IMG/VR virus record: IMGVR_UViG_3300027850_000083
Span: 1 to 52,479 of that record
DNA length: 52,479 bases
Reading direction: 5' to 3' (one strand)
From: a virus
Taxonomy: Duplodnaviria; Caudoviricetes
Shown here: positions 34,973 to 42,862 of the stretch, in pieces
Layout of the letters: each line of letters opens with the position of its first letter
How positions within the stretch are numbered: position 1 is the stretch's first letter
Made by a program: the position numbers and the translations under genes
Notes under the pieces: generated by a model
What the model saw: only the letters and a program-made list of their open reading frames with translations
Database searches by the model: none
What the model was told of the DNA's origin: nothing

Positions 34973-35641
34973 ATGGGTGTCATCCAATCCGGCGCAACCG
35001 TCGACCTCTCAACCGTCGACCCGACCTCGAAGGCACTGCGCGTATCGCAGCGGCCGATCGAAGGCGAGCAATACCGTCTCGCAGCTACCTCCGGCCTCCT
35101 CACCGCTGTCGCTGCCGGTACCGCTACGGCTGGATACCTGTTCGCCTTCCGATGGGGTTCCGCAACGGAAGCGTGCTTGTTGCACCGCGTCATCGCGAAG
35201 TGGCGCACCATCGCCGGGTTCACCGCAGCACAGGAGATCAACCTCGACATCATTCGAGCGACGGGTTTCAGCGCGTCAACTACCGGCGGCACTGCGGCAA
35301 CCCTCACCGGGAACAACACGCTCAAGCGCACATCGCAGAACGTGACTCAGCTCACCGACGCCCGCATTGGGACAACCACAGCACTGACTGCGGGCACGCA
35401 GACGCTCGACACGATGTCGATGGCGTTCGATGGTGCGTCGGAGATGGCTACAGGTGCAGCTATTCCGAGGACGTCATTCGAAGTCGAAGCGGACTTCACC
35501 GTTGTTCGTGGTGGACCGCTCGTGCTGTTGCAGAACGAAGGTTTCATCGTCCGCAACTTGATCCTCATGGGTGCTGGCGGCACGGCGCGTGTGAGCGTTG
35601 AGGTCGACTGGTCTGAGGTGGGAACCGGCACCAACTGGTGA
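34973..35641 (+). CDS. putative virion protein
   Basis: GGGAG RBS; Thr/Ala-rich; lies in the structural operon. Confidence 0.65.
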   Translation: MGVIQSGATVDLSTVDPTSKALRVSQRPIEGEQYRLAATSGLLTAVAAGTATAGYLFAFRWGSATEACLLHRVIAKWRTIAGFTAAQEINLDIIRATGFSASTTGGTAATLTGNNTLKRTSQNVTQLTDARIGTTTALTAGTQTLDTMSMAFDGASEMATGAAIPRTSFEVEADFTVVRGGPLVLLQNEGFIVRNLILMGAGGTARVSVEVDWSEVGTGTNW

Positions 35642-36762
35642 CACTGCATCTCTGCGCACTCCCGCACACTCAGATCACCGACGAATACCTCACCTGCGCG
35701 TACACGCAGAAGATCGCGAAGTTCTGTCGGATGTTCCCCGACGACGTCGTGCTCTACGCCCCCGAAGGTTCGGAGGCTCCGTGCAAGGAGCACGTCGTCA
35801 CGATGACGCGCGACGAACAGCTCGGGTGGTTCGGAAAGTGGGACGCCACGCAATCTCCCAACGTCGACTGGGACTCGACCAAGCCGTGGTGGACGCAAGC
35901 GAACGTCACATCGATCCTGGGCATTCAGCGACGACACGAAGATGGTGATCTTGTCCTGATCACGGCCGGGCTCTCGCAGAAGCCCATCGTCGACGCTCTT
36001 CCCGGCGTGCTTCCTGTCGAGTGGGCTGTTGGGTACAAGGGCATCCTCACCAGTGGTCATCGGATCTTCGAGAGCTACGCGTGGATGCACCACATCTACG
36101 GGCTGAACGGCATCGAGGACGGTGCCTTCTTCGATTCGGTCGTTCCCAACTTCTTCGACCCGGACGAGCTGCCGCTTGGCGACGGCGACGGTGAGTACGC
36201 CGTCTGGCTCGGGCGTTGGACCGAGCGCAAGGGCTTCGAGACAGCGATCGCCATCTGTCAAGAGGCGGGCATTGAGCTGATCATGGCCGGGCCAGGCTTT
36301 GATGGGCGCGAGCTACCCGACGGCGTGCAGCACATCGGTCCCGTGGGTGTCACCGAGCGAGCAGCGCTGCTCGGCGGAGCGCAAATCGGCTTCGTGCCCA
36401 CCGGCTACATCGAACCGTTTGGCGGAGTCGCCGTCGAGATGATGCTCTGCGGCACGCCGGTGATCAGCACCGATTGGGGCGCTTTCGCTGAGACGGTCGA
36501 GACCGGAGTGACCGGTCATCGGATCCGCACCCGTGGCGAAGGGGTCGATGCGATCCGACGATGCCAAGAGATTCCGCGTGCCAGCGTGCGCGAGCGTGCG
36601 TTGGAGCGATACTCGCTCGATGCCGTCAAGCCGCAGTTCGAGGCTGTCTTCGGGCGCCTCACTGAGCTGTGGACCGATGGGTGGTACACGAAGAAACCGC
36701 TCCACGAAACGCGTTTGGTCGATGTAGCGCCGGTATCTTCCGACGCACGGGCAACGACATAG
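35638..36762 (+). CDS. glycosyltransferase family 4
   Basis: VVPN, LGRW..RKG, EPFGGVAVEMMLCGTPVISTDWGAFAETV..GVTG. Confidence 0.9.
   Translation: MTLHLCALPHTQITDEYLTCAYTQKIAKFCRMFPDDVVLYAPEGSEAPCKEHVVTMTRDEQLGWFGKWDATQSPNVDWDSTKPWWTQANVTSILGIQRRHEDGDLVLITAGLSQKPIVDALPGVLPVEWAVGYKGILTSGHRIFESYAWMHHIYGLNGIEDGAFFDSVVPNFFDPDELPLGDGDGEYAVWLGRWTERKGFETAIAICQEAGIELIMAGPGFDGRELPDGVQHIGPVGVTERAALLGGAQIGFVPTGYIEPFGGVAVEMMLCGTPVISTDWGAFAETVETGVTGHRIRTRGEGVDAIRRCQEIPRASVRERALERYSLDAVKPQFEAVFGRLTELWTDGWYTKKPLHETRLVDVAPVSSDARATT
36692..36739 (+). promoter_or_regulatory. 19-bp motif + 23 nt + -10 (TATCTT) upstream of the major capsid gene
   Basis: AGAAACCGCTCCACGAAAC 36692-36710; TATCTT 36734-36739. Confidence 0.65.
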
Positions 36763-36840
36763 TCGTCGCCGGGGGCACTGAGGACGCAGTCCTTGAGGGC
36801 CAGTGAACGTCCGCTGTCTCTCGATCAAAGGACCACTCAG

Positions 36841-38556
36841 ATGCAACTGCCCAAGCTGACCGAACTCACCAACGAGCAGCTCATCGAGCTGCACGCTTCG
36901 TTGGGCGAGCTGTTCCAGACCCGCAAGACCGAAGAGCTGTCTGTCTCCGGCGTGACCGAGCTGGCCGAACTGACCGCCTCGATCGAATCCGTCGTCGCCG
37001 AGATGCGCACCCGCGAAAAGAGCCGCAGCGATCTGGCGAACCAGGTCAACGCACTCGTCGAGCGCGTCACCACGGCTCCCGAAGCAGCCGAGCTGGCGAC
37101 CAAGGACGAAGCCCCGGCTGAGCCCGAAGCCGAAGCAGCCGAGCTGGCGACCGAGACCGAAGCTCCGGCTGAGCCCGCTCCCGAAGTTGCCGAGCTGATG
37201 CACGACGACTCGAAGACCAAGGACGACAAGGAAGAAGACGAAGACGCCATGACCGCCGCATCACTGAGCCCCGTGGGACTCAACAGCCCGGATCTGGCGA
37301 AGGCTGCTGCGGAGCAGTCACCCGCTGTCATCGTCGCCGCCGCGGACATCCCCGGCGTCCCGGTCGGCAAGGAGATGGAGTCCTGGAGCGATGTTGCTCA
37401 GGCGTTCATTTCTCGTCGCGCTGGCTTCCGTGGGGTGAGCCCGTCCGGTGACGGCGATCAGGTGATCGTTGCTTCCGTGCGCGGGAACTACCCCGAAGAA
37501 CGGGTCCTCGAAGAGAGCAACCTCCAGCGGAACATGGACAAGATCGACACGGTCGCGTCCCCGACAGCGATCACCGCATCCGGTGGTCTCTGTGCTCCGC
37601 TGACTCCGTACTACGGGCTCCAGGTGATCAGCGACGCTTCTCGCCCGGTGCGCGACTCCCTTCCGCAGTTCCAGGCTGACCGTGGCGGCGTGCGCTTCAT
37701 CGCTCCGCCTCGCCTTTCGGACGTGACCGCCGCCATCGGCGTGACCACGGCCGCACAAGACGAGGGTCCGTACGGGAATGGTGGAGGCGACACCCCGTTC
37801 AAGCCTTGCCTGCACGTCACCTGCGGCACCGAGGAAGACGTGACCATCACGGCCATTCACCGTTGTCTCACCTTCGGCAACTTCGGGGCGCGTACGTTCC
37901 CCGAGCAGGTGGAAGCGTGGCTTGCGCTCACGCTCGCATCACACGCACGTCGTGCGGAGACGCTGCTCCTCGACGCCATCGCGGCGGCGAGTACGGCGAC
38001 AACCGCAGCGCAGACGTATTCGGCGGTGCGCACGCTGCTCCCGCAGATCGACCAGGCGGTCGCTGCATACCGGAGCCGCAACCGCACCAGCGAAGGCATC
38101 GCTCTTCGAGTGATGCTCCCAAGCTGGGCGCGTCAGCTCATCCGTGCCGACCTTGCCCGGTCGTACCGCGGCGACGATCTCGACTCGCTCATGGTGAACG
38201 ATGCGCAGATCATGTCGTGGTTCACGGCACGCAACGTCAACGTCACCTGGTACATCGACTCGGCCACGGGTGCGAACCAGGTGTTCGGTGCGCAGGGAGC
38301 GGGTGCGCTCACAGCGTTCCCGACGACTGTGCAGTGGTTCCTCTTCGTCGAAGGCAGCTTCGTCTTCCTCGACGGCGGAACGCTCGACCTCGGACTCGTC
38401 CGGGACTCCACGCTCAACTCGACGAACGATTACCAGATCTTCGCCGAGACCTTCGAGAACGTCGCCTTCTACGGCGTCGAGTCGATCAAGGTGACGAGCA
38501 CGGTCTGCCCGAACGGCGTCTACGCACCGGCAGCCACGGCCAGCGCACCCTGCTGA
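36841..38556 (+). CDS. major capsid protein with N-terminal scaffold-like region
   Basis: coiled-coil/acidic N-terminus, ITASGGLCAP, RGGVRF, KPC, LDGGTLDLGLVRDSTLNSTNDY..FAETFE; followed by a strong terminator. Confidence 0.88.
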   Translation: MQLPKLTELTNEQLIELHASLGELFQTRKTEELSVSGVTELAELTASIESVVAEMRTREKSRSDLANQVNALVERVTTAPEAAELATKDEAPAEPEAEAAELATETEAPAEPAPEVAELMHDDSKTKDDKEEDEDAMTAASLSPVGLNSPDLAKAAAEQSPAVIVAAADIPGVPVGKEMESWSDVAQAFISRRAGFRGVSPSGDGDQVIVASVRGNYPEERVLEESNLQRNMDKIDTVASPTAITASGGLCAPLTPYYGLQVISDASRPVRDSLPQFQADRGGVRFIAPPRLSDVTAAIGVTTAAQDEGPYGNGGGDTPFKPCLHVTCGTEEDVTITAIHRCLTFGNFGARTFPEQVEAWLALTLASHARRAETLLLDAIAAASTATTAAQTYSAVRTLLPQIDQAVAAYRSRNRTSEGIALRVMLPSWARQLIRADLARSYRGDDLDSLMVNDAQIMSWFTARNVNVTWYIDSATGANQVFGAQGAGALTAFPTTVQWFLFVEGSFVFLDGGTLDLGLVRDSTLNSTNDYQIFAETFENVAFYGVESIKVTSTVCPNGVYAPAATASAPC

Positions 38557-38573
38557 TCGTGATTGCGGGGCTG

Positions 38574-38618
38574 AGCCCCTGGAGTGGTGAGAGCGCTCTC
38601 ACTGCTCCAGGGGCTTTC
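38574..38618 (+). terminator. long hairpin terminator after the capsid gene
   Basis: agcccctggagtggtgaga-gcgc-tctcactgctccaggggct followed by tt. Confidence 0.8.
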
Positions 38619-38626
38619 CCTGTGCC

Positions 38627-38674
38627 AGAAACCGACCGACGAGAGCAGGTTCACCAGATGACCGCTGCAAGGAT
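38627..38674 (+). promoter_or_regulatory. 19-bp motif variant + 23 nt + AAGGAT
   Basis: AGAAACCGACCGACGAGAG; ATG 38681 is 6 nt after the hexamer. Confidence 0.5.
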
Positions 38675-38680
38675 CAACGC

Positions 38681-39535
38681 ATGAGTCTTGGCCCCGGCAC
38701 CGTCGTCCCTGCACCACCCGCAACACCACCGACCATCTCGCTGCTCACTGCGGCTGGAGGTGGCACCGAAGAAGCTGATCTTCGATGGGAGAACGGGATC
38801 GGCTTCGCTCCCGAGGGCTGCGGAAGCGGACAGGTTGTCTCGACATGCGCTGGGACGACGAAGACCGTTCCCGAGAACGCTGCGATCGAAGAGTGGGTCC
38901 CGTACGGACTCGTCGCTGCTGATCGCTGCTCTGCGTTCGGATGGCAATCACATGACTATGTCGCGCGCGCCACGCGCAAACTGCTGGCGTGTGAATCGAA
39001 GATGCTTGCGGGCGAGTTGTGGACTGCGCTCGTCGAGACCGCGAACGCCGACTACGCATTCATCAACGCTGCTGAGCTGATCACCGCTGTCTGGTCACCG
39101 ACTGCTGCCATCGCGCAGCTCGAACAGGCCAGTGGCGGAACGTGTGGATGTGGCGGTCGCAAGATGATCCACATGCGCCCACGGATCTTCGAGCGGATTC
39201 TCGCTACTGCTCCATCAATGCTCCGCCGTGAAGGCAACCGGTGGCTCACGGGGATGGACAGCATCATCGTTCCCGACTACGGCTACCCCGGCACCGGTCC
39301 TGGCGCCGCCGCCGCCACTGTTCTTGCCGTCAACGCTGCGACCGAGTTCATCTACATCACCAACCCCGTGGATGTTCGGCATGGTCCGGTTGATCCGTTC
39401 CCTGGAACGCTCGGTGAAGCGATGGACCGAGCGACGAACACCGTCACGTACTACGCCGAGCGAATTGGCGTTGCGTCCTACGACGTGTGCTGCGCGTACG
39501 CCATCGAAGTCAACCCAACTCTGACCGTAGCGTGA
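38681..39535 (+). CDS. capsid-associated (minor capsid-like) protein
   Basis: position after MCP; RWENGI, DYGYPG, ATNT..YAER. Confidence 0.6.
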   Translation: MSLGPGTVVPAPPATPPTISLLTAAGGGTEEADLRWENGIGFAPEGCGSGQVVSTCAGTTKTVPENAAIEEWVPYGLVAADRCSAFGWQSHDYVARATRKLLACESKMLAGELWTALVETANADYAFINAAELITAVWSPTAAIAQLEQASGGTCGCGGRKMIHMRPRIFERILATAPSMLRREGNRWLTGMDSIIVPDYGYPGTGPGAAAATVLAVNAATEFIYITNPVDVRHGPVDPFPGTLGEAMDRATNTVTYYAERIGVASYDVCCAYAIEVNPTLTVA

Positions 39536-39539
39536 TTCG

Positions 39540-40322
39540 ATGAGCGCGTTTCTGCTCGCGAACGCGTGCAGCCCGTGGACAGACGTCGAAAGCGTACGCG
39601 GCTGTTGCGGAGGAGTCGCCACCACCAACGACGATGTCGTCGAAGACTCAATCAATCTCGCGACAGATCTGCTCTTCACTCTCTCGGGCAAGCAGTTTCC
39701 CGGAACTTGCACCGAGACAATCCGTCCTTGCACGACGGGCCAGACATGCTTCTACGCATGGTGGCTGCGCGATCCCGATTCGTTTCCACTACGAGTGTGC
39801 GGGTGTGCATGGACTCCGCAGCGCGACCTCGGGAAATGGCCGGTCACCGACGTGACCGAAGTGCTGATCGACGGCGTCGTTCTCGCGCCGTCGAAGTACC
39901 GCATCGATGAGTACCGCTACCTCGTGCGCATGGCCGGACCAGCACCCGACTACGTGAACGATGGCTGGCCGCGGTGCCAACATCTCGATCGACCGACGAC
40001 CGAAGAAGGAACGTGGAGCGTCACGTTCGAGTACGGACTGGCAGTGTCTGCGGGCGCTGAATCAGCCGTGCGCACGCTCGCTTGCGAACTGGTGAAGGCA
40101 TGCACACCAGGGACCAACTGCGAACTTCCGGGGCGTGCGACTCGGGTCGATCGTCAAGGCGTCAGCGTCACGCTGATGGATCCCAACCTGCTCGCTCAGG
40201 GACTCACCGGGCTCTACCTGGTCGACCTCTGGCTCAAGGCCGTCAATCCCGATGGGCATCGAGGCTCCGCTCGCATTTGGAGTCCCGATCTCTCCGTGGG
40301 CGGACGTCGGGCAGGGACGTGA
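39540..40322 (+). CDS. head-to-tail adaptor
   Basis: ATDLLFTLSGKQF, TIRPC, WPRCQ, LACELVKAC, RQGVS, TGLYLVDLWL..VNP. Confidence 0.78.
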   Translation: MSAFLLANACSPWTDVESVRGCCGGVATTNDDVVEDSINLATDLLFTLSGKQFPGTCTETIRPCTTGQTCFYAWWLRDPDSFPLRVCGCAWTPQRDLGKWPVTDVTEVLIDGVVLAPSKYRIDEYRYLVRMAGPAPDYVNDGWPRCQHLDRPTTEEGTWSVTFEYGLAVSAGAESAVRTLACELVKACTPGTNCELPGRATRVDRQGVSVTLMDPNLLAQGLTGLYLVDLWLKAVNPDGHRGSARIWSPDLSVGGRRAGT

Positions 40323-40369
40323 GAAACAGCTCGGCGAAACCATTCGCCGCCAAAGTCGGAAGGTAGGTT
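40322..40369 (+). promoter_or_regulatory. 19-bp motif + 23 nt + -10 (TAGGTT) upstream of the major tail gene
   Basis: AGAAACAGCTCGGCGAAAC 40322-40340; TAGGTT 40364-40369; ATG 6 nt later. Confidence 0.65.
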
Positions 40370-40375
40370 CGCTAC

Positions 40376-41044
40376 ATGGCTCAGACAGGGTGTTTCCAGT
40401 CGTTCATGGTGTGCGCCATGCGGGTCGGGCGTCTCAGCGCCACTGGGACCCCCATGACGGGCGCCGAGATGGGTTACGTCGCCAAGGCTCCGGTCGAAGT
40501 GACGATGACGCCTGACTACCAGGCGGGCGTCGAGCTGACGTCGGAGAACGGATGCGGTTCGCTGTGCGGGTACTTCAAGGCGCCCGACCAGCTCAAGAAG
40601 TACGACATCTCCTTCACGTTGTGCGACCTCGACGCCGAGCTGATCAACATCCTCACCTCGGACGAAGCCGAAGTCATCACGGCGGGAGGCAACTCGATCG
40701 GGTACGCATTCCCACGGGCGACGTCGTGCTCGGGAGCTGCTGCACCGAACGGAGTGTCGCTGGAGTTCTGGTCGCGTCGTTGGGACGCTTGCTCGACGCC
40801 GTCGGGCAACGAGGGTCTCTACTGGCGCTGGTCGCTTCCGCGTGCGTACCTGAACGTCGGGGCGATCACGTTGGGCAACGACTTCCTCAAGGTGCCGATC
40901 GAAGGCTTCCTCCAGGAGAACGGCAACTGGAACCGCGGACCGTTCGGGGACTTCCCCATCGGTGGTGCGCCACTGCTCGCCGTCGGTGCCGTCACCGAAG
41001 ACGACGCGTTGCCGACCGTCGAGTGTGGCTGGGTCAGCGTCTGA
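40376..41044 (+). CDS. major tail protein
   Basis: synteny; MRVGRL..G.P, ENGCGSLC, FTLCDLD, SLEFWS, YWRW.LP. Confidence 0.72.
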   Translation: MAQTGCFQSFMVCAMRVGRLSATGTPMTGAEMGYVAKAPVEVTMTPDYQAGVELTSENGCGSLCGYFKAPDQLKKYDISFTLCDLDAELINILTSDEAEVITAGGNSIGYAFPRATSCSGAAAPNGVSLEFWSRRWDACSTPSGNEGLYWRWSLPRAYLNVGAITLGNDFLKVPIEGFLQENGNWNRGPFGDFPIGGAPLLAVGAVTEDDALPTVECGWVSV

Positions 41045-41062
41045 TCGAAGGGTGATCGCCCG

Positions 41063-41476
41063 GTGATCAACGGGCTGCGTGAGATCGTTGAGGAGTACGC
41101 CTCGGCCGTTGTTCGTGAAGCGGCCGAGGCACTTCTCGATGCGGCCGAAGAAGCTGCACCCGAAGACAGTGGTGATCTCAAAGCGTCTCGACGAGGCCCC
41201 GAGTACGCGGACACGGGGACATCACGCATCACGGCGCTCATCTTCTTCGACGCCGAGTACGCGACGTACACCGACGAAGGGACGGAGCCGCACCAGATCC
41301 GCGCCAAGAACTACGAGTTCCTGCGCTTCCAGTGGGAGAACGGCCCGGACACAATGCGATCGCCGGACGGGTTCTTCTACTTCAAAGAGGTCAACCACCC
41401 CGGCACCACGGGGACCAAGTGGTTCACTGAGACAGTCGAGAAGTGGATGGACTTCGTGCAGGAAGCAGCTCAATGA
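41063..41476 (+). CDS. HK97 gp10-like tail completion protein
   Basis: AP.DSGDLKAS, YATYTDEGT.PH.I, VNHPGT. Confidence 0.75.
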   Translation: MINGLREIVEEYASAVVREAAEALLDAAEEAAPEDSGDLKASRRGPEYADTGTSRITALIFFDAEYATYTDEGTEPHQIRAKNYEFLRFQWENGPDTMRSPDGFFYFKEVNHPGTTGTKWFTETVEKWMDFVQEAAQ

Positions 41477-42030
41477 CGACGACCGTGCGCACGCTCGACA
41501 AGGATCAGCTCGGAGACTTCCTCACGCACGTGCTCGACACTGCTGTCCGCTTCCTGGAGCGCAACGACATCCCGGTTCCCGATCGGCGCATCATCAGCCA
41601 CACCGATCCTCCGGCCGACTGCTGCGACCTGCTCGCCGTCAGCTACGAGTTCGGAAAGCCGACGACGCAGGCGCCGCTCCCGCAATTCGCCGGGCTCCAG
41701 TGTGCGGCGCGCACGGCGATCTCGATCACGGTCACGATCATGCGTTGCGCTCCCAGCCTGCATGACGGGACATCAGTCGCAGCGGTGACGCCAACGGCCG
41801 AAGAGCTGAGCAACTCGGCGCTGGAGCTGGCTCAAGATGCGTGGGTGCTGTTCGAAGAGTTCCTCGAAGCGTTGGTGCGCGGCACGATCTTCAACGACTG
41901 TGACAACTGCTGCCAGAACGGCGGGTGCCAAGTGACGAGCTTCGCCGGAGTCAACCCGATCTCCCCCCGTGGCGGATGCGCTGGGAACAGGCTGACGTTC
42001 TCCGTGACGATGGACCCGGTTCGGAGCTAA
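41473..42030 (+). CDS. putative tail terminator
   Basis: synteny; PADCCD, IMRCAP, P.GGCAG. Confidence 0.55.
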   Translation: MTTTVRTLDKDQLGDFLTHVLDTAVRFLERNDIPVPDRRIISHTDPPADCCDLLAVSYEFGKPTTQAPLPQFAGLQCAARTAISITVTIMRCAPSLHDGTSVAAVTPTAEELSNSALELAQDAWVLFEEFLEALVRGTIFNDCDNCCQNGGCQVTSFAGVNPISPRGGCAGNRLTFSVTMDPVRS

Positions 42031-42071
42031 GGTGCCGATCGTTCAGCGGGCGCTACGGGGAGAGAGGCACA

Positions 42072-42461
42072 TTGGCCGACGACTTCGACCTACGGCGAGA
42101 CGGCACAGCCGTCTTCAAGTTTCAGCACAACGAGAACGAGGTCACTCGAACACTCCGCCGACCAGTCCTAGAGGAGTACCGGGATCTGACCGGCGATCTG
42201 ATGGATCTGCGGGACGATCTCGCAGAGGACATGCGCCCGGAAACTGGCGACACCGAACTGGAAATAGCAGCTCGGGTGAACCGCGCCCAGCTCGAACGCC
42301 AACAAGACCGGATGCTGGATTGGCTCCGCAAGGTCTTCTCGGCGCTCGGCAACGAGCCACTGCCCGAGATCGGGTTGCCCCCGTGGATCATGTCTCCCGA
42401 GGTGGCGACCGATCTGATCAGCCACTGGCAGTCCGTCCCTTCTCGCCGTGGAGGCAAGTAG
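42072..42461 (+). CDS. tail assembly chaperone (first frame)
   Basis: GGAGAGAGG RBS, TTG start, upstream of the tape measure gene. Confidence 0.6.
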   Translation: MADDFDLRRDGTAVFKFQHNENEVTRTLRRPVLEEYRDLTGDLMDLRDDLAEDMRPETGDTELEIAARVNRAQLERQQDRMLDWLRKVFSALGNEPLPEIGLPPWIMSPEVATDLISHWQSVPSRRGGK

Positions 42462-42862
42462 CGGGCGAAGGCCCCTCCGAGCCTCCCGTCCCGATCACCA
42501 CCGATGACCCGCTCTACCCATTGCGAGAAGTCGGCGTGCTCTTCCAGTGCGCCTTGGTGTACCGCGAGCTGGTGAAGATCAACATCGCTCCACCCGTGGT
42601 CGACAAGATGGAGTTGTGGCAGATCGCTGCGCTCATGGGTGATCGGGCGAGCGAGGGCGACAGTGTTCCAGCGAACGCTCCGCCAGGATCACCACCATCT
42701 GTTGCGCCAACTGGCACACTGACAGGCGACGCTCTGCTCGAAGCGCGTGTGCGAGCTGCACGGGAAGGCCGAGAGTTGGACGTCGAGTCCATCGCTGGGT
42801 TCACGCCGGAGAGCATGGTCGCCCAGTTCCGTCAACGGGCTGTTGACCGGAGAACGCAGTAA
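42437..42862 (+). CDS. tail assembly chaperone extension (-1 frame, probably frameshift-expressed; start approximate)
   Basis: open -1 frame overlapping the previous stop and ending at the TMP start (TAATG). Confidence 0.5.
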   Translation, partial: PFSPWRQVAGEGPSEPPVPITTDDPLYPLREVGVLFQCALVYRELVKINIAPPVVDKMELWQIAALMGDRASEGDSVPANAPPGSPPSVAPTGTLTGDALLEARVRAAREGRELDVESIAGFTPESMVAQFRQRAVDRRTQ

